60,236 nucleotides of DNA from a virus (Duplodnaviria; Caudoviricetes): IMG/VR virus record IMGVR_UViG_3300032224_001080, positions 1-60,236 of that record. The stretch is one strand, 5' to 3'. The notes below the pieces were generated by a model, which was given only the letters and a program-made list of their open reading frames with translations, had not been told where the DNA came from and did no database searches. A program made the position numbers and the translations under genes. Positions 27,593 through 37,437 of the stretch are shown piece by piece. Positions within the stretch are counted from its first letter, which is position 1, and each line of letters starts with the position of its first letter.

Positions 27593-30427
27593 ATGGCAAC
27601 AACAAGACCCTTCGCATACAACACAGGATCCACTATCAATGGAACAACACAAGTAGGAAACATCGCAATAGGTGTTTCAGATCAAGATTATTCACAAAAT
27701 CCAGGTGGGGTTAAATGGTGGATGGGGCCTGACGAAGAATTGGGTTATGTTATTGCACACGAGGTTCCGACAGGAGACCAACCAACACCAATTTCAGGTG
27801 TAACAGCATATCTTGGTTTTTATAGATCAACAAGTTTAACAGATCAATCTTTTTTAGATTTATTAAATTCAATACCAATTACAAATGGTTTATCATTATT
27901 TACAAATGTAACAGACGCATTAAGTTGGTTAACCAATAACGGACATTGGACTTCATATACAAGTTTCGGTAGTTCAGGATTCCAATGGATGACTGTTACC
28001 TCAGTTACCGATTCAACCGCATCGGGTATAGGTCAAAACAATATTACCGCAGCAATTACACAAAGCGGAGGTGGTATGGGGATAACTCAAGGAGTTTTCA
28101 ACCCAACTGCATTCCCTGAACAGTACGGTGTACCATTTACAGGTAATCAAATTTTAAATCAAAACTCAGGAACTTTTACAGCAACATTTAGTCAACCGGT
28201 TACTGATGCATTAGTTGCATTTTCTAGTATTGGAAATAATAGTTTATATGTACCAATTCAAGTATCTGCACCGTTTACACCAATTTTTGGAACTAGTGTA
28301 TCTTATCAAAATCCGGTAAATGGTACTCAATATACTGAACTTACAGGAAATGAAGGATATGCAATTATTCGTATAGATGGTACAGTAAGTAGTGTAACAT
28401 TTGTATATACCGCGTCAGAATACTATTGCAACGTTTGTTTTGGATTTGTAAATCAAAACAATCTACCAACACCGACCCCTACACCGACAGGTGCACCGAC
28501 TGCAACACCTACTCCAACACCTACTCCAACGCCAACAGGTGCACCAACTGATACACCTACTCCTACACCAACTGTAACCGCAACTAGTACTCCTACACCA
28601 ACACCTACACCAACTTATTACTACTATTATTTATTGAATTGTGATTTAGTTACTAATGCTTACGGTAGAAGTTTAGATCCACATATACATTTGTCCGGTT
28701 TTACATTTAATGTTGATACTAATATGTGTTACACAATTATTGGTCAGGACCCAAATCCATATTATGATTATGATTTAGATATTTCAACTTCAGTAACGGA
28801 TTGTACGGATGTATTATGTGGTATAGGTACACCAACTCCTACACCAACTCCTACGGCAACAAGTACGCCTACACCAACACCAACGGTAACAAGTACACCT
28901 ACACCAACTCCTACGGTAACAAGTACACCTACTCCTACAATTGATTTAAGTGGAGTAACAACTTATACAATTTCGGGATGTAGTAGTTCAAATGTTATTG
29001 TCGCTGATTTAGGGCCAGGAAATTTTTTCCCTGGTGATACGTTCTTCTTAGATTTTACAGGTTCAACCGCAAGCGAGTGTTATACCATTATTAATAAAAT
29101 TGATACAGTACCAGATGACGGAGGTAATCCTATATCATCTTATTCTAATTGTGCGGATTGTATTGATGGGACAACAACAACTTATACAATTTCAGGATGT
29201 ACTAACTTGAACGTATTAGTTGCCGATTTAGGACCAGGAGCATTTTTTGCTGGAGACGTATTCAACATAACATTTACAGGAGCAACTCCGAGTGGATGTT
29301 ATAAAATTATTAATAAAATAGTTGACACACCAACAGATACGGGTTCACCACTTACCTTCTACACAACTTGTCAATTATGTGAGGCAGCATTACCTACAGC
29401 AACACCTACACCTACACCAACGGCAACACCTGTATTACCAACACCTACACCAACATCTACAAGTACGCCTACACCAACAGCTACATCAACAAGTACACCT
29501 ACACCAACAGCAACAACAGCATCCGCACCAATGACAATCACAATAACTGAAGTCGGTTCTAATGTTGTTATGTCAGCATCGGGAACAATTAATCTTAGTG
29601 GTTTAACACTTGTAGATCCAAGTGCGGGACCTTTTGGTGGTGGTGGATTAGGGGTTAGTACCGCAACATTCTTAATGGGGACATTCCCTGTAAATGCCGC
29701 TCAATATAGTGGATTTACAACAACACCTTCTAATTACGGAACAGGAGGTGGAGGAGGAGGTGCAACATCAGGAAGTGGTGATATATTTGGTATTGTTTAC
29801 CAAGGTACTCCACCATATTCATTATTAGTTCCAACAGGATATACGTCAGGAACAAATATTACAAGTACACAAACATTTACAGGCACTACATTATCAACAT
29901 TAGGTTTAACTAATGGAACATATACATATACTTGGTCAGGTGGTTCAATTGATATAGTGGTTGGTACAGGATTAGGAGGACCAACTCCAACTCCAACTCC
30001 AACTGCAACAAGTAGTGGTGGAGGAATGGGTTCTTGGTATTTCTACTATACTGAAGGTCCATTAACGGTTGGTGCACCAACAGGAAACGGTAATGCTATA
30101 TTTAGAAATTTAACTGACGCGACACAAGTTTTTGAACCTAATTTTAGTAATGGAACTGGTGAACTATATTTCTGTACAAAAGATAGTAGTGGAACAAGTT
30201 TTAATACACAATTTAGTAATTTACAAACAAATGGTGGTACGTTAACAATAACACAAGGAAGTAATAGTGCAATTTTTACATCGCCAACAGGAAATAATTT
30301 TGTTTATAATCCAGGTGGAGGTGGTGCAAATGGTTTCTTAATGATACGTAGTTCTCAAAATATAACACAAACACAAACTTGTTCTAAATTCAATGGTATC
30401 GATCCAATATCATTATCGTTTAGTTAG
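27593..30427 (+). CDS. multidomain virion appendage / adhesin-like protein with Thr-Pro linkers
   Basis: 944 aa; four (PT)n linkers, duplicated Cys-containing domains, TATTTATA box at 27578-27585. Confidence 0.7.
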   Translation: MATTRPFAYNTGSTINGTTQVGNIAIGVSDQDYSQNPGGVKWWMGPDEELGYVIAHEVPTGDQPTPISGVTAYLGFYRSTSLTDQSFLDLLNSIPITNGLSLFTNVTDALSWLTNNGHWTSYTSFGSSGFQWMTVTSVTDSTASGIGQNNITAAITQSGGGMGITQGVFNPTAFPEQYGVPFTGNQILNQNSGTFTATFSQPVTDALVAFSSIGNNSLYVPIQVSAPFTPIFGTSVSYQNPVNGTQYTELTGNEGYAIIRIDGTVSSVTFVYTASEYYCNVCFGFVNQNNLPTPTPTPTGAPTATPTPTPTPTPTGAPTDTPTPTPTVTATSTPTPTPTPTYYYYYLLNCDLVTNAYGRSLDPHIHLSGFTFNVDTNMCYTIIGQDPNPYYDYDLDISTSVTDCTDVLCGIGTPTPTPTPTATSTPTPTPTVTSTPTPTPTVTSTPTPTIDLSGVTTYTISGCSSSNVIVADLGPGNFFPGDTFFLDFTGSTASECYTIINKIDTVPDDGGNPISSYSNCADCIDGTTTTYTISGCTNLNVLVADLGPGAFFAGDVFNITFTGATPSGCYKIINKIVDTPTDTGSPLTFYTTCQLCEAALPTATPTPTPTATPVLPTPTPTSTSTPTPTATSTSTPTPTATTASAPMTITITEVGSNVVMSASGTINLSGLTLVDPSAGPFGGGGLGVSTATFLMGTFPVNAAQYSGFTTTPSNYGTGGGGGGATSGSGDIFGIVYQGTPPYSLLVPTGYTSGTNITSTQTFTGTTLSTLGLTNGTYTYTWSGGSIDIVVGTGLGGPTPTPTPTATSSGGGMGSWYFYYTEGPLTVGAPTGNGNAIFRNLTDATQVFEPNFSNGTGELYFCTKDSSGTSFNTQFSNLQTNGGTLTITQGSNSAIFTSPTGNNFVYNPGGGGANGFLMIRSSQNITQTQTCSKFNGIDPISLSFS

Positions 30428-30439
30428 TATTTATAACAT

Positions 30440-30796
30440 ATGGAATTTCACATAAGACAAGGGGCAACTGACCCAATACTAAAGATGAGAATGGTTGACG
30501 ACGGTAAAAACGATAAGTCATCATTTAATGATATGTTAGCAGGTGATACCACCATCACCTTTGAAATGTCAGATGTTACAACGGGAGAACCTATGGTTTT
30601 AGGATCTGAATGTCTTTTAACCAATAGAACAAAGAAGTATAACTATACAACTGACGAATACTATATCACACATAGATTTACAACCGAACATACATCACAA
30701 GTGGGAAGGTTTGAGGGTAAAGTAACAATTACGTTTGATAATGGTAATAAACTTATCCTACCCGTTAAAGAAAAATTATACGTCAATATTTTTTAA
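30440..30796 (+). CDS. BppU-N-like baseplate/fibre attachment protein
   Basis: FHIRQGATDP.L...GRFEGKVTITF..G.KLILP pattern; TATTTATA box at 30428-30435. Confidence 0.5.
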   Translation: MEFHIRQGATDPILKMRMVDDGKNDKSSFNDMLAGDTTITFEMSDVTTGEPMVLGSECLLTNRTKKYNYTTDEYYITHRFTTEHTSQVGRFEGKVTITFDNGNKLILPVKEKLYVNIF

Positions 30797-30886
30797 TACC
30801 CCCCTTTTTTCTTATACTTATTAATGTAAACAAGGCAAACTGTGGTTTTCCACAAGCTAATACGTCACATTAAAAAAATATAAAAC

Positions 30887-33784
30887 ATGAAAGAGGTTAT
30901 CTCTCAGGAAGTTATTGAAGGCTTCCTCAATGGTGGCGACGATGAAATGTATATCGTCGGAGTTGAATACGACTACCCAACCAACACAATCTACAAGATT
31001 ATTCAGGACCCAATTGAGGGTAAAATTATTAAAACTGATACATTTACTCCGTTTTTATGGGTAGGTGATTTAACAGGTTTGAATTTCTATAACAACTCAA
31101 AAGCCATGCAAAAGAAACGTATGGGTGAGTTTGGTATTTTAATTGAAAAATTAGATACACACGGCAACGAACGTTTAGAAAATGGTATGACTCATATCGT
31201 TAAAAGTATTAAATCTTATACTGATTTAGTTTCGTTCTTTAGAATGGGTGGATTAAATCCATGGGATGAAAAAGTTAGACATAATTTTACAATTTTAAAC
31301 CCTGTTGAACAATATCTTATACAAAAGAAAAAAAGATTATTTAAAGGTATTGAAGATTACGGTGGTGTGAATAGATTTGTATTTGATATTGAGACCACAG
31401 GTCTTGATCCTGAAACTTGTGTTATCATATTGATCGGGGTTAAAGATAATCGTGGTATGAATGAAACAATTCCTGCGTTTGGTGAAGACGGTGAAAAGAA
31501 ATGTATAGAAAGATTTTTTAAGTATATTAAAGATTTAAAACCTACCATTGTTGCAGGTTATAACTCAGCGTTTTTTGACTGGCCCTTTATATTAAAACGT
31601 GCAGAAATACTTGGTGTGGATGTTGATGGTTTAACACAAATCTTTACAACACAAGGAATGAAAGAGAAGGAAGGAATGTTAAAACTTGCAAATGAAATTG
31701 AACCATATAAACAACACGTTATTTGGGGATTTAATATTATTGATATTGCACATTCAGTAAGACGTGCTCAAGCAATTAACTCCGAAATTAAATCTTGGGG
31801 ATTGAAATACATTACAAAGTATTTGGAGAAAGAAAAAGAAAATCGTATATACGTTGATGGTGCAAAGATTTCAAAAATATATTTGGAGAACGAAAGTTAT
31901 TATGTAAATCCAAAGACAGGTGGTTATAAACAAATCGGAGAACCTGGTACAGAAAATCTAACACAGAAATATCCTGGCAAGTTTGAGATATGGACGGGAA
32001 GAAAAATTGTAGAACAATATCTTGATGATGACTTGTATGAGACTATGGTTGTGGATGATAGTTTCTCTCAATCAACATTTTTGTTATCAAAATTAGTTCC
32101 TACGACTTATGAAAGAATTGCAACAATGGGAACTGCAACACTATGGAAAATTATCATGTTAGCGTGGTCATACGAACACAACTTGGCAATACCAGCTAAA
32201 GATGAGAAACGCGCTTTCACAGGAGGTTTATCTCGTTTATTAAATGTAGGATATGCAAAGAACATTGTTAAGTTTGACTATTCATCACTCTATCCATCTA
32301 TTCAATTAGTATATGATGTGTTTCCTGATTGTGATGTTATGGGAGTTCAGAAATCTATGTTAAAATATTTCAGAAACATTCGTATTAAATATAAAAACTT
32401 ATCTGGTGAATTAAAGAATAGTGATCCGGCGATGTCGGAGGTTTACGATCGTAAACAATTACCTATTAAAATATTCATCAACGCATACTTTGGTAGTTTA
32501 TCCGCACCACACGTATTCCCTTGGGGAGAAATGAATTCAGGTGAAACTATTACCTGTATTGGTCGTCAGTGTTTACGTATGATGATTATGTTCTACATGA
32601 AGAAGGGTTATAAACCTCTTGTAATGGATACGGATGGTGTGAACTTTGAAACACCTGAGAGTGCAAAAGATGCTGTGTATGTTGGTAAAGGATTAAATGA
32701 ATTAGTAACCGAAGGAAAAGAATATACGGGTATTGAAGCACACACCGCAGAGTTCAATGATATTTTTATGAGAGGTGAGATGGGGTTAGATATTGACTAT
32801 GTTGCACCGGCTTGTATTAATGTTTCTCGTAAGAACTATATTATTAAAATAATAAAGAAAGGAAAAGAGAAAATTAAATTAACGGGTAATACAATTAAAT
32901 CTAAAAAATTACAAACATATATTGTTGAGTTCTTAGATGAAGGATTAAAGTATTTGTTAAATGGTGATGGACATTCGTTTGTGGAATTATATTATGATTA
33001 TGTAACGAAGATCTTTGATAAAGAAATTCCATTATCAAAAATAGCAAACAAAGCTCGTGTTAAACAAAGTATTAATGAATATAAAAAGTATGTTATGAAA
33101 ACTACTAAGGCTGGGTCATTAATGTCTCGTCAAGCACATATGGAATTAATTATGAATAGTGATTATCCCGCAGGTTTAGGTGATACAATTTATTATGTAA
33201 ATAATGGTACAAAGAAATCATCAGGTGACGTACAGAAAATTACTAAACCAACAAAGAAACAACAAGAAGAATTCACAACAAAGAATGGTTACCCAATGCC
33301 AAATGATTTTATTGAAGTGAATTGTTATATGATTGATGAAAAAGAAATATTAAATAATCCTGATTTAAAAGGTGATTATAATGTTCCTCGTTATCTTAAT
33401 AATTTTAATAAACGTGTTGAACCTTTATTAGTTGTTTTCAATCCATCAATTAGAGAAGATATATTAATTGAAGATCCAAAAGATAGACAATACTTTACAA
33501 AAGTACAATGTGATCTTGTAAATGGTTTTCCATTAAAAGAAGAAGGTCAAGATAAGTTAGATGAGGTTATGACTTTGTCTGATAGTGAAGTAATATTTTG
33601 GAATAGAGTTGGACGTGATCCTTACTTCATGTATATTGAAAATAGTTTAGAACTTGCTGATCAATATTGGGTGGAACATAATAGAAAAGTTGTTACACTT
33701 CAAGCTGAAAGTACTAAATCAAATGAAGAAGAAATAATTGAAACCAATGGTCACGATTACGCATTTCACGCAATAGAAAGTTAG
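30887..33784 (+). CDS. gp43: DNA polymerase family B
   Basis: Exo I FDIETTG, Exo II GYNSAFFD, polymerase motifs FDYSSLYPS, KIFINAYFG and MDTDG, plus KNY. Confidence 0.95.
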   Translation: MKEVISQEVIEGFLNGGDDEMYIVGVEYDYPTNTIYKIIQDPIEGKIIKTDTFTPFLWVGDLTGLNFYNNSKAMQKKRMGEFGILIEKLDTHGNERLENGMTHIVKSIKSYTDLVSFFRMGGLNPWDEKVRHNFTILNPVEQYLIQKKKRLFKGIEDYGGVNRFVFDIETTGLDPETCVIILIGVKDNRGMNETIPAFGEDGEKKCIERFFKYIKDLKPTIVAGYNSAFFDWPFILKRAEILGVDVDGLTQIFTTQGMKEKEGMLKLANEIEPYKQHVIWGFNIIDIAHSVRRAQAINSEIKSWGLKYITKYLEKEKENRIYVDGAKISKIYLENESYYVNPKTGGYKQIGEPGTENLTQKYPGKFEIWTGRKIVEQYLDDDLYETMVVDDSFSQSTFLLSKLVPTTYERIATMGTATLWKIIMLAWSYEHNLAIPAKDEKRAFTGGLSRLLNVGYAKNIVKFDYSSLYPSIQLVYDVFPDCDVMGVQKSMLKYFRNIRIKYKNLSGELKNSDPAMSEVYDRKQLPIKIFINAYFGSLSAPHVFPWGEMNSGETITCIGRQCLRMMIMFYMKKGYKPLVMDTDGVNFETPESAKDAVYVGKGLNELVTEGKEYTGIEAHTAEFNDIFMRGEMGLDIDYVAPACINVSRKNYIIKIIKKGKEKIKLTGNTIKSKKLQTYIVEFLDEGLKYLLNGDGHSFVELYYDYVTKIFDKEIPLSKIANKARVKQSINEYKKYVMKTTKAGSLMSRQAHMELIMNSDYPAGLGDTIYYVNNGTKKSSGDVQKITKPTKKQQEEFTTKNGYPMPNDFIEVNCYMIDEKEILNNPDLKGDYNVPRYLNNFNKRVEPLLVVFNPSIREDILIEDPKDRQYFTKVQCDLVNGFPLKEEGQDKLDEVMTLSDSEVIFWNRVGRDPYFMYIENSLELADQYWVEHNRKVVTLQAESTKSNEEEIIETNGHDYAFHAIES

Positions 33785-34896
33785 ATTACAATAATAGATG
33801 AAGGCATTGCTCTAAACTTAAGAGCCTTATTAAGATTCTCCGCTTCGTTACCTTTCCTCTCAAGGATTTTATCGGGGCGGAGTCTTTCTAATCTAGCCAT
33901 AAGTTCTTCAACCAATTTAGATTTTTCGTCTTTACCTTCCGTAATTAATGATGAGTAATCTAATTTAACCTGACTATCAGGAACTTGTAAATCACCTGAA
34001 AATTTACCCCAAATACGACCTAAACCTTCCTTAGCATAAGCAATCAAATATTTTCTAACCCAGTTTTGGGCTGGTTTGTTTAGGTTGTCCCAAGTTAATT
34101 GTTCAGTATCAACATCAGATGGTAATTTAATTACGTCTTTATTATTTTTAAGACAACTGTCTCTATCCATAGTATCATAATACCAATACCAAACATTGTA
34201 GTTTTTTTGTGCAATAGAACCAAAATCAAATTTACCACCTGGTACATTATATAAATGAATTAATTTCTTTCCTTCAGGACCTGCAGTAATTCTATAAGTT
34301 AAGTCACCACCAATCAATCTATTTTTCATAGATCTATCTTGCATCCTTAATAATAAATCAAATGCTGGCATCATAAAGTAAGATCCAGAATTACCCATTT
34401 GAGCAAATCCACCTGCACCACCAAATCCCATACCACCAAGACCACCAAAACCCGCCATAAACGGATCAACAAATGCATCATTTAATTCCGCACGTGTAAA
34501 CCATAATAATTCATTAATTTCACGACCAGCAGGTATTTCATAAACCTGTGTCCCACCTGAAATGGGGAAAAAATCCTTTTTTAATTCCCAATCACCTCCA
34601 GCTTGTAAACCTACAATCTTAGAGTATGAATGAGTATATTGAGTTTCGTAATCTAAACTTCTTGTTGTAAATGCTCTCGATAATGATTGTGTGTCAATAT
34701 CTAATCCCGCAAGAGCAGACCATTGAGATTCTATCAACCAATCACTAACGTATTGTTCGTATTCGGATAAAGCTAACTCCATGAAGGTATCCATTTGCTC
34801 TTCAGTAAGTTCAATACCACGAACTGGCATACCTAAAAGGTGAAATACCTGAGTATATAATTTATCCTTTTCCGCTTGTGAAATAATTTGAGACAT
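33781..34896 (-). CDS. neck / head-tail adaptor protein (T4 gp13-like)
   Basis: LLGMPV..IELTEEQ N-terminus and WVRKY..A..KE.LG.IWGKF C-terminus; TATTTATA box at 34912-34919 on the minus strand. Confidence 0.75.
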   Translation of the reverse strand: MSQIISQAEKDKLYTQVFHLLGMPVRGIELTEEQMDTFMELALSEYEQYVSDWLIESQWSALAGLDIDTQSLSRAFTTRSLDYETQYTHSYSKIVGLQAGGDWELKKDFFPISGGTQVYEIPAGREINELLWFTRAELNDAFVDPFMAGFGGLGGMGFGGAGGFAQMGNSGSYFMMPAFDLLLRMQDRSMKNRLIGGDLTYRITAGPEGKKLIHLYNVPGGKFDFGSIAQKNYNVWYWYYDTMDRDSCLKNNKDVIKLPSDVDTEQLTWDNLNKPAQNWVRKYLIAYAKEGLGRIWGKFSGDLQVPDSQVKLDYSSLITEGKDEKSKLVEELMARLERLRPDKILERKGNEAENLNKALKFRAMPSSIIVI

Positions 34897-34934
34897 AATT
34901 TGATTTATTATTATAAATATCTTATATTTCTATT

Positions 34935-35138
34935 ATGAGCGAGAAACTAAACGAATTATTCAGTATCTGTGGGATTAACGATTTTGTGTTCCATTTACAA
35001 AAAGAGGGAGAAACTAACTTTATAGACTATACTTTAGACCCTAAAACCATTGTGGTTAATATTCCCGATATTGAAGATAAGGAGTTAGATCAGTTATTAA
35101 CTGATAAAATTAAAGAATTAAAAGAGACTTTTAAGTAG
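34935..35138 (+). CDS. hypothetical protein
   Basis: 67-aa ORF filling the gap between two minus-strand genes; preceded by TATATTTC. Confidence 0.5.
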   Translation: MSEKLNELFSICGINDFVFHLQKEGETNFIDYTLDPKTIVVNIPDIEDKELDQLLTDKIKELKETFK

Positions 35139-36869
35139 GTCTTTACTAAACGATTCGGAATATTCCCCGTCACCCATTACTTGGTCAATGACGTTCTTTT
35201 TCTTTTGTAATATATTATATATAATCTTTTCAACTGTATTCTCAAACACGGGATAATAAACTAACACACTATTTTTTTGACCGTAACGATACGCTCTATC
35301 TTCCGCTTGACTATGATGAGCTGGCACAAATGATAAATCATTCATAACCACAACTTCACCGGCAGTTAAAGTAATACCAACACCACCTGCAATGATATTA
35401 GAAATAAAAATTTTTATTTTATCTTCATTTTGAAATCTATCAACACTTTCTTGTTTCTTTTCTTTAGACATACTACCATTTAGTATTACAGAGTTCTTTT
35501 TGTATTTCTCATGTAACATATCTAATGACATTGTAAAGTTTGTGAATACAATTACTTTCTTTCCTTGGTCTAAACATTTATCTATAATTTCACAAGTATA
35601 TGGAATTTTTTCATAAGCAATTAATTGTCTAATTTTCATTAAACGATTTAATGTTACACTTAATGTTTCTTTATCTTTATTGTCATTACTAATTCTTGTA
35701 AACTCTTCTAATTCCTCATCATACATTTTACTACTTAATTCTACAAAGACAGGTGTAACAATTTTTTCGGGTAAATCTAAAATATCGGTTTTCATTCTAC
35801 GAAGAACATATGACTTAGTACGTTCACGTAATTCATCTAAGTTACTTGCTCCACTTGTGTTCCACACTTTTCTATTTCCAACTGTAAATTGATAACCTTT
35901 ACAATAACGACGAACATAAGATTGCCAATTTAATGTCAAAGGTGAATCAACAATCTTTAATAAGTTGAAATAATTTATTGGTCTTGATGTCATTGGTGTT
36001 CCTGTTAATAACCAAACTCGTGGTATGGTTTCCAATACATCATTTAATAAACGAGTTCTATTTGCCGTGGAGTTTGAAACATAATGTGCCTCATCTACAA
36101 TTGCTAAATCAAACTTTTCATTTACCAATAATTTATAGTCATCACTATCTTCACTTTTTTCTGTGGTGTGGTAATTCTTTAATATATCATAATTGATAAT
36201 ATAATAATCAAAAGTAGAACCCCATTTACGACCCTCAACTATTAGTACTTTTCTATCGGTGTAATTTTTAATCTCTCTATCCCAATTTATTTTAAGAGAT
36301 GCGGGACAAACAATTAAAACTTTCTTCGCACCACTTTCCATTGATGCAATGACCGCGGCCGTAGTTTTTCCTAGCCCCATATCGTCAGCTAATATAAACT
36401 TATTGTTTGCTAATAATTTCTCAATGGCGACCTTCTGATGTTCCATAGGAGGACGATTATCGTACGGACTATAATCAATCACACGATTTAACTTTTTTTC
36501 TTCTTGAACGATTGCGGACTTAGGTAACCACATCGCGTGGTTTTGTTGACTATCAATTACTTTACCCCAAATATGAAATGCTTTATCAGATTCACATAAC
36601 AATTTTTCACACCATACTTTTTCGGGTGGTAATGGTAATAACATTTCTTCCATTAATTTCTCACCAAATGTGGAAACGATATTGATGTGTTTACGAGCAA
36701 CTTTAGGGGAGGTGTCTTTATATTTGATGACGTATTCCGACTGTGGACGAGTTAATTTAAAGTTTTTAACTTCCACAAATTTACGTTTGTATTCTAATAA
36801 AACATTATTAGATCCGTCATATTCATTTAATATTTCCCTTGCTTCAACCTCAGGTATTTTCTTTTCCAT
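35118..36869 (-). CDS. SNF2-family (HARP/SMARCAL1-like) DNA helicase/translocase
   Basis: LADDMGLGKT, IVCPASLK.NW, DEAH, LTGTP, GVGITLT, QAEDRAYRYGQ. Confidence 0.92.
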   Translation of the reverse strand: MEKKIPEVEAREILNEYDGSNNVLLEYKRKFVEVKNFKLTRPQSEYVIKYKDTSPKVARKHINIVSTFGEKLMEEMLLPLPPEKVWCEKLLCESDKAFHIWGKVIDSQQNHAMWLPKSAIVQEEKKLNRVIDYSPYDNRPPMEHQKVAIEKLLANNKFILADDMGLGKTTAAVIASMESGAKKVLIVCPASLKINWDREIKNYTDRKVLIVEGRKWGSTFDYYIINYDILKNYHTTEKSEDSDDYKLLVNEKFDLAIVDEAHYVSNSTANRTRLLNDVLETIPRVWLLTGTPMTSRPINYFNLLKIVDSPLTLNWQSYVRRYCKGYQFTVGNRKVWNTSGASNLDELRERTKSYVLRRMKTDILDLPEKIVTPVFVELSSKMYDEELEEFTRISNDNKDKETLSVTLNRLMKIRQLIAYEKIPYTCEIIDKCLDQGKKVIVFTNFTMSLDMLHEKYKKNSVILNGSMSKEKKQESVDRFQNEDKIKIFISNIIAGGVGITLTAGEVVVMNDLSFVPAHHSQAEDRAYRYGQKNSVLVYYPVFENTVEKIIYNILQKKKNVIDQVMGDGEYSESFSKDLLKSLF

Positions 36870-36923
36870 CTATTATATATAATATAACTAAATAGAATGG
36901 AAGATTAAACTATTTATTAGGAT

Positions 36924-37436
36924 ATGAACAATAAACTACCAATTACTCGTTTAGGTAAATTCTTCTCCCAAGATGACTTTGATATCAATATTCAGATGGG
37001 TCAGGAGTATCTACACGGGGATTTGAATATGAAATTGGTCTTATATCGTGTTGATAGACAAAAGACCGATAATGACGACGTATACGCCGAGGCGGGAATG
37101 GATGAAATTAAGTTTTTTCCTCCCGTTGAGTTTAATGCATTAGTTAAAATTGAGGAACCAAAAAATTCAACTTATACTAAAGGATTATTGAGATATAATG
37201 AGCCAGGTAATATGACATTATCTGTTTACATCACACATCTCAATGAATTGGGAGTTGATATTAGATACGGTGATTATATTGGTTATGCGGATTCGGAAGA
37301 AAGATTAAGATATTATACCGTTACAAATGACGGTAGAATTACATCGGATAATAAACATAAAATGTTTGGGTACAAACCACATTATAGAAGTATAGTTTGT
37401 GCTCCAACACAAGAAGGAGAATTTAGAGGAGTTTAA
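36924..37436 (+). CDS. head-closure/neck protein (gp14-like)
   Basis: LYRVD...DDVYAE...F.PPVE pattern; TATTTATT box at 36911-36918; adjacent to the tail completion and sheath genes. Confidence 0.55.
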   Translation: MNNKLPITRLGKFFSQDDFDINIQMGQEYLHGDLNMKLVLYRVDRQKTDNDDVYAEAGMDEIKFFPPVEFNALVKIEEPKNSTYTKGLLRYNEPGNMTLSVYITHLNELGVDIRYGDYIGYADSEERLRYYTVTNDGRITSDNKHKMFGYKPHYRSIVCAPTQEGEFRGV

Positions 37437-37437
37437 T

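Noticed and set aside
30832-30870. GGCAAAC resembling the start of a c-di-GMP-I (GEMM) riboswitch
   Set aside because: Lacks the GNRA loop, the GACGCAAAGC-type junction and the second hairpin; kept only as a generic structured leader.
30887-36869. Inteins or introns in PolB and the helicase
   Set aside because: Motifs are contiguous, and no intein splice junction (C...HN) or LAGLIDADG/HNH segment was seen.
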